Position numbers and translations under genes: made by a program | Source of the DNA: Pseudomonadota bacterium | GTDB taxonomy: Bacteria > CALINM01 | Direction: 5' to 3' | NCBI GenBank assembly: GCA_026418415.1 | Contig: JAOABK010000005.1 | Location: forward strand, 1,943-65,942 | Length of the DNA: 64,000 nt | Shown here: piece after piece, positions 60,002 to 64,000 of the stretch | Layout: every line of letters begins with the position of its first letter | Position numbering within the stretch: the stretch's first letter is position 1 | The notes under the pieces: model-generated | Database searches by the model: none | Told to the model about the DNA's origin: nothing | Seen by the model: the letters and a program-made list of their open reading frames with translations, nothing else

Positions 60002-61192
60002 CTATATGTCACATCTATTTCTTATTTCAAACCCAGCACTATGAAGTGTAAAATCCTTATAAGCTCTCACCAAATCTCCTTCTACCATATCCTTTATCAA
60101 ATCCTTAATTGTTAGTTTAGGCTCCCAACCGAGCTTTGTTTTTGCTTTACTATAATCTCCAATTAGCAAGTCAACTTCTGTAGGTCTAAAATATTTAGGA
60201 TCCACATTTATCAAATCTTTCCCCAACAGGGATTTAACATTCTTTTCAATTTTCGAATAGTCAATGCATAATTTTTGGAGTTTATTAAAAAGTATGTCTT
60301 CATCAATCTTTTTTATTATGCCCTTTTCTTCTAAGCCCTTACCATCAAATTCAACACTAATCCCCAACTCGCCAAATACTAATCTAATAAACTCCCTAAC
60401 TTCTGTTGTTTTACCAGTGGCCAAAATGTAATCATCGGGCTTTTCTTGTTGCAACATCAGCCACATACCAACAACATAATCCTTCGCATGCCCCCAATCT
60501 CTTTTTGCATCTAAATTGCCAATATATATTTTTTTATCCAACCCTAAAAGAATTCTCGAAGCACCACGAGTTATCTTCCTTGTAACAAATGTTTCTCCTC
60601 TTATTGGAGATTCATGGTTAAAAAGTATACCATTGCAAGCAAACACATTATATGCTTCTCTATAATTTACAGTAATCCAATAGGCGTATAATTTAGCAAC
60701 ACCATAGGGACTTCTCGGATAAAATGGAGTTGTTTCTCTCTGTGGTATTTCTAAAGCCTTGCCGAATAATTCAGATGTAGATGCCTGATAAATTTTAACC
60801 CTATCAGTTAGCCCAAGCAACCTAACCGCTTCTAATATCCTTAAAGTTCCTAAACCATCGCAGTTTGCTGTATATTCTGGTTGTTCAAAACTAACAGCAA
60901 CATGGGATTGAGCTCCTAAGTTATAAATCTCATCGGGCTGAATCTTCTGAATTAGTCTTGTAATATTTAGGCTATCGGTTAAATCTCCATAATGTAGAAA
61001 AAAGCCCGTCTTTTCTTCGTGAGGATCTTTATATAAGTGATCTATTCTTTCTGTATTAAATAGGGATGTTCTTCTTTTTATGCCATGAACCTCATATCCC
61101 TTAGATAGCAAAAGTTCTGCAAGATAAGCACCATCTTGACCTGTAACGCCAGTTATAAGAGCTTTTTTCATAGAATCCCCATATAAATTCAA
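60002..61192 (-). CDS. gmd: GDP-mannose 4,6-dehydratase (start probably at 61171, MKKALITG)
   Basis: [31 protein letters not shown]; [10 protein letters not shown] catalytic YxxxK. Confidence 0.9.
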   Translation of the reverse strand: MNLYGDSMKKALITGVTGQDGAYLAELLLSKGYEVHGIKRRTSLFNTERIDHLYKDPHEEKTGFFLHYGDLTDSLNITRLIQKIQPDEIYNLGAQSHVAVSFEQPEYTANCDGLGTLRILEAVRLLGLTDRVKIYQASTSELFGKALEIPQRETTPFYPRSPYGVAKLYAYWITVNYREAYNVFACNGILFNHESPIRGETFVTRKITRGASRILLGLDKKIYIGNLDAKRDWGHAKDYVVGMWLMLQQEKPDDYILATGKTTEVREFIRLVFGELGISVEFDGKGLEEKGIIKKIDEDILFNKLQKLCIDYSKIEKNVKSLLGKDLINVDPKYFRPTEVDLLIGDYSKAKTKLGWEPKLTIKDLIKDMVEGDLVRAYKDFTLHSAGFEIRNRCDI

Positions 61193-62061
61193 AATAAAAT
61201 ATTGTATTTATCACTATTAATATGCCTTTTTATATATCTTTCAATTGCATTTTTCCAGTTAGGAATTTCAATATCAAGAATCTTAGATATTTTCTTATTG
61301 CTCATCGCTGAAAAATATGGCCTTTGTGCTGGAACATTGAAAAATGAAGTAGAAACAGGGAGTATGAGATTCTCCTTCCCTAAACATTCTAAAAAGAATC
61401 TTGCCACTTCATATCTTGATGCATAACCGCTATTTGTTAAATGAAATATTCCTCTTAAGCCTTTATCTATAGCTCTCCTTGTTACTTTTACGATGTCTTC
61501 AGTATATGTTGGTATAGAAACCTGATCACTTACTATTTTAATGACCCTATTTCTCTGAGACCACTCCCTTAATTTATGCAGAAAGTTTTGCTTTCCTTCG
61601 CCAAAAACCCAGCTTACTCTAAAAATAAGATAATTATCCGTTTCTTCCAATATACCTTTCTCTCCCCCGAGCTTACTTTTCCCATAAACAGAAATAGGGT
61701 TAGGTTCATCTTCTTCTGTGTAAAAATCCTCTTTTCTGCCATCAAATACATAATCTGTACTAAAATGAACAATCAAGGAACCTATCTTTTTTGCTAAATA
61801 AGCTAAGTTCTTAGGACCTTGAGAATTTATCTTAAATGCTAATTCACCTTCTGTCTCCGCACCATCAACATTATTATAGGCAGCACAATTTATTATTACA
61901 TTTGGTTTAAAGTTTGACACCAATTCTTCCAATGACTGAAAATCAGATATATCCAGTTTCTCCTTTGATAAAGCTAACACTTCTATTGATGAATTATTTT
62001 CGAGATTTTTTCTAAACTCTGTAGCTAACTGACCATTTGCACCAGTTATTAGATACCTCAT
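61189..62061 (-). CDS. rfbD: dTDP-4-dehydrorhamnose reductase
   Basis: [13 protein letters not shown] Rossmann motif; SDR YGKSK. Confidence 0.85.
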   Translation of the reverse strand: MRYLITGANGQLATEFRKNLENNSSIEVLALSKEKLDISDFQSLEELVSNFKPNVIINCAAYNNVDGAETEGELAFKINSQGPKNLAYLAKKIGSLIVHFSTDYVFDGRKEDFYTEEDEPNPISVYGKSKLGGEKGILEETDNYLIFRVSWVFGEGKQNFLHKLREWSQRNRVIKIVSDQVSIPTYTEDIVKVTRRAIDKGLRGIFHLTNSGYASRYEVARFFLECLGKENLILPVSTSFFNVPAQRPYFSAMSNKKISKILDIEIPNWKNAIERYIKRHINSDKYNILF

Positions 62062-62624
62062 TACTCATCTCCATAAATGAAGTTGTTTTTAGCATCCCTC
62101 AAAAAAGGTAATTTAGCGTCTTTATCAGATAATATAGGGTCTTTTATTGGCCAGTATATGTTTATTTCGGGATCATCCCATCTGATTCCTGCATCTAATT
62201 CTGCACAATATTCCTCTGTACACTTATATTGAACCTCAGCCTCATCACTTAAAACACAAAAACCATGTGCAAAGCCAACGGGAATGTAAAGCATGTAGAA
62301 ATTATCTTCAGATAACTCAATCCCTACCCATTTACCATAAGTGGGAGAACCTTTTCTTATATCTACACCCACATCCCATATCTTTCCTTTAGTACATCTA
62401 ATTAGCTTACCTTGGGCTTTTGGATTTCTTTGAAAATGTAGCCCCCTTAATACACCTCTAACTGATTTAGAATGATTATCCTGTAAAAATCTCTCTTTAA
62501 TACCAAACTCTAAAAATTCTGAATATTTATAAGTTTCAAGAAAGTAGCCCCTTTGATCTAAAAAAACTTTAGGCTTTATAAGAATAATTTCAGGTATTGC
62601 TAATCTTTCAAAAGTAAAAGGCAT
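62061..62624 (-). CDS. rfbC: dTDP-4-dehydrorhamnose 3,5-epimerase
   Basis: RGLHFQ cupin motif; 187 aa. Confidence 0.9.
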   Translation of the reverse strand: MPFTFERLAIPEIILIKPKVFLDQRGYFLETYKYSEFLEFGIKERFLQDNHSKSVRGVLRGLHFQRNPKAQGKLIRCTKGKIWDVGVDIRKGSPTYGKWVGIELSEDNFYMLYIPVGFAHGFCVLSDEAEVQYKCTEEYCAELDAGIRWDDPEINIYWPIKDPILSDKDAKLPFLRDAKNNFIYGDE

Positions 62625-62630
62625 TTAATG

Positions 62631-63515
62631 TTAAACCCCAGGATTTTTTATTATTCTTAAAAGATATTGTCCATACTCGCTTTTATTAAGTTCATTTGCT
62701 AACTTTAACAGTTGATTCTCTTTAATATACCCAAGCCTGTATGCTATCTCTTCGATGCAAGCAATTTTTAATCCCTGTCTTTTTTCTATAGTGGCAATAA
62801 ATTCTCCAGCTTCAAGAAGACTTTCATGGGTACCTGTATCAAGCCAAGCATAACCTCTTCCCATCAATTCTACTCTCAAATTCCCTTTCTTTAAATACTC
62901 TTTATTAACGTCAGTTATCTCAAGCTCTCCCCTTTCAGAGGGCTGTAAATTTTTTGCTATATCAACTACATTATTGTCATAAAAATAAAGACCTGTTATT
63001 GCATAATTAGACTTGGGATTCTTTGGTTTCTCTTCTACTGATATAACATTCCCTTTTTCATCAAACTCCACAATACCATATCTTTCAGGATCCTTTACAT
63101 AATAACCAAATACCGTTGCACCACCTTTTGTTTGCACATCTTTTACAGATTTTCTCAAAAGTTCAGTTAAACCATGGCCATAAAATATATTATCTCCAAG
63201 AATCAAGCACACATCATCCTTGCCAATAAACCTCTCTCCTATTAAAAATGCGTCAGCGATACCTCTTGGTTCTGGTTGCTCGAGATATGAAAATCTTAAG
63301 CCATAATCAGAACCATCCCTTAACAAATCCCTAAACCTTGGTAAATCATAGGGGGTTGAAATAATGAGTATATCACGTATGCCAGCAAGCATCAAAACTG
63401 ATAAAGGATAGTAAATCATTGGCTTATCGTAAACAGGTAGCAGTTGCTTACATAAAGCCTTGGTGATCGGATAAAGCCTCGTTCCACTTCCACCAGCAAG
63501 AATAATGCCTTTCAT
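62631..63515 (-). CDS. rfbA: Glucose-1-phosphate thymidylyltransferase
   Basis: [18 protein letters not shown]; 294 aa. Confidence 0.95.
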   Translation of the reverse strand: MKGIILAGGSGTRLYPITKALCKQLLPVYDKPMIYYPLSVLMLAGIRDILIISTPYDLPRFRDLLRDGSDYGLRFSYLEQPEPRGIADAFLIGERFIGKDDVCLILGDNIFYGHGLTELLRKSVKDVQTKGGATVFGYYVKDPERYGIVEFDEKGNVISVEEKPKNPKSNYAITGLYFYDNNVVDIAKNLQPSERGELEITDVNKEYLKKGNLRVELMGRGYAWLDTGTHESLLEAGEFIATIEKRQGLKIACIEEIAYRLGYIKENQLLKLANELNKSEYGQYLLRIIKNPGV

Positions 63516-63605
63516 CTTATAGCCTCCTGATTTTTATAATATTATAGAGACAGGACAACCCATTTGCAAGGACTTTAGAGGGAAAATATGCAGATTTATG
63601 CTTAT

Positions 63606-63633
63606 AATAAAAAAGGTCTGCACAAGGCAGACC
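63606..63633 (-). terminator. Rho-independent terminator downstream of rplQ (stem GGTCTGC/GCAGACC, then U6)
   Basis: Hairpin 63615..63633; on the minus strand it is followed by UUUUUUAUUAU (plus-strand A-run 63609..63614). Confidence 0.6.
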
Positions 63634-63658
63634 TTTCTATTTTTAAATTATCTTATTT

Positions 63659-64000
63659 TTAAGATTCTTTTTCTTTCAGAGCAATATCAAAATCAACCCA
63701 CTCAAGAATTGCCATAGGTGCTGCATCTCCAAGTCTTCTTTGAAGCTTTAAAACCCTTGTATATCCTCCCTTTCGATTGTTGAATTTAGGTGCTATTTCA
63801 GAAAAGAGTCTTTTTAAAGCCTCATCATCTCTTAGAAATGCAAAGGCCATGCGTCTTGCATGTAAATCTCCCTTTTTACCAAGAGTAACCATTTTGTCTG
63901 CATATCTTTTTACAACCTTAGCCTTTGTTTCGGTCGTTTCTATCCTTCCATGCTTTATTAATGATACTACCATATTCTTAATCATTGCAATACGATGAGG
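63659..64000 (-). CDS. rplQ: 50S ribosomal protein L17 (5' end lies beyond the window end)
   Basis: The frame is open through the window end and reads ...HRIAMIKNMVVSLIKHGRIETTETKAKVVKRYADKM.., as in L17. The track start at 63985 is an internal Met. Confidence 0.85.
   Translation of the reverse strand, partial: PHRIAMIKNMVVSLIKHGRIETTETKAKVVKRYADKMVTLGKKGDLHARRMAFAFLRDDEALKRLFSEIAPKFNNRKGGYTRVLKLQRRLGDAAPMAILEWVDFDIALKEKES

Noticed and set aside
1-64000. CRISPR arrays, transposases, integrases, phage genes
   Set aside because: No direct-repeat/spacer periodicity and no recombinase-like ORFs were seen. The capsule island looks accessory by content, but no mobility genes lie within the window.

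Overview
This is an AT-rich (about one third GC) chromosomal segment from a Gram-negative bacterium. TonB/ExbBD, a TonB-dependent receptor, Wza/Wzz export proteins and outer-membrane beta-barrels support the Gram-negative call. A multihaem cytochrome c, an Isf-type iron-sulfur flavoprotein and an FmdE-family protein suggest an anaerobic, possibly thermophilic lineage. I cannot name the organism from sequence alone.

Gene content is mostly housekeeping. From left to right:
- a secreted RCC1-repeat protein (5' part only; 3' end outside the window);
- an Isf-like flavoprotein, a hypothetical protein, and a small operon of a free-standing DAHP-synthase regulatory domain, chorismate mutase and nadB;
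- a HEAT-repeat lipoprotein, a SLOG-fold protein, a cNMP-binding protein, a TPR lipoprotein, a Nudix CoA pyrophosphatase, two hotdog-fold thioesterases and an RDD membrane protein;
- a transglutaminase-like lipoprotein and greA;
- the complete pyrR-pyrB-pyrC-carA-carB pyrimidine operon, with an SD-sequestering hairpin plus U-tract in its leader;
- a Kef-type K+/H+ antiporter;
- a TonB-ExbB-ExbD, TonB-dependent receptor, FmdE-like, substrate-binding protein, permease, ATPase uptake locus;
- yraN, rnhB, rplS, a SPOUT methyltransferase, trmD, rimM, a KH protein, rpsP and ffh;
- an initiator tRNA-Met;
- a site-2 protease, trpS, scpA, scpB and rluB operon;
- a REC-PAS-GAF hybrid histidine kinase;
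- a PHP phosphoesterase and a tandem-HAD phosphatase.

The right third is an accessory-looking cell-surface polysaccharide island. It carries Wzz, a giant Wza-like exporter, a YjbH/GfcD-like outer-membrane protein, a Gly/Ala-rich secreted protein, two sulfotransferases, a GT2 glycosyltransferase, a Wzx flippase, a zinc-ribbon SAM methyltransferase, gmd, fcl and rmlA/C/D. Embedded in it is a two-gene operon for a periplasmic 11-haem cytochrome c and a tandem rhodanese. The cytochrome reading frame carries a single in-frame TGA in an otherwise uninterrupted frame, and the codons just after it are unusually GC-rich. This is a candidate selenocysteine recoding site, or else a nonsense mutation.

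The window ends inside rplQ. I saw no CRISPR arrays, transposases or integrases.
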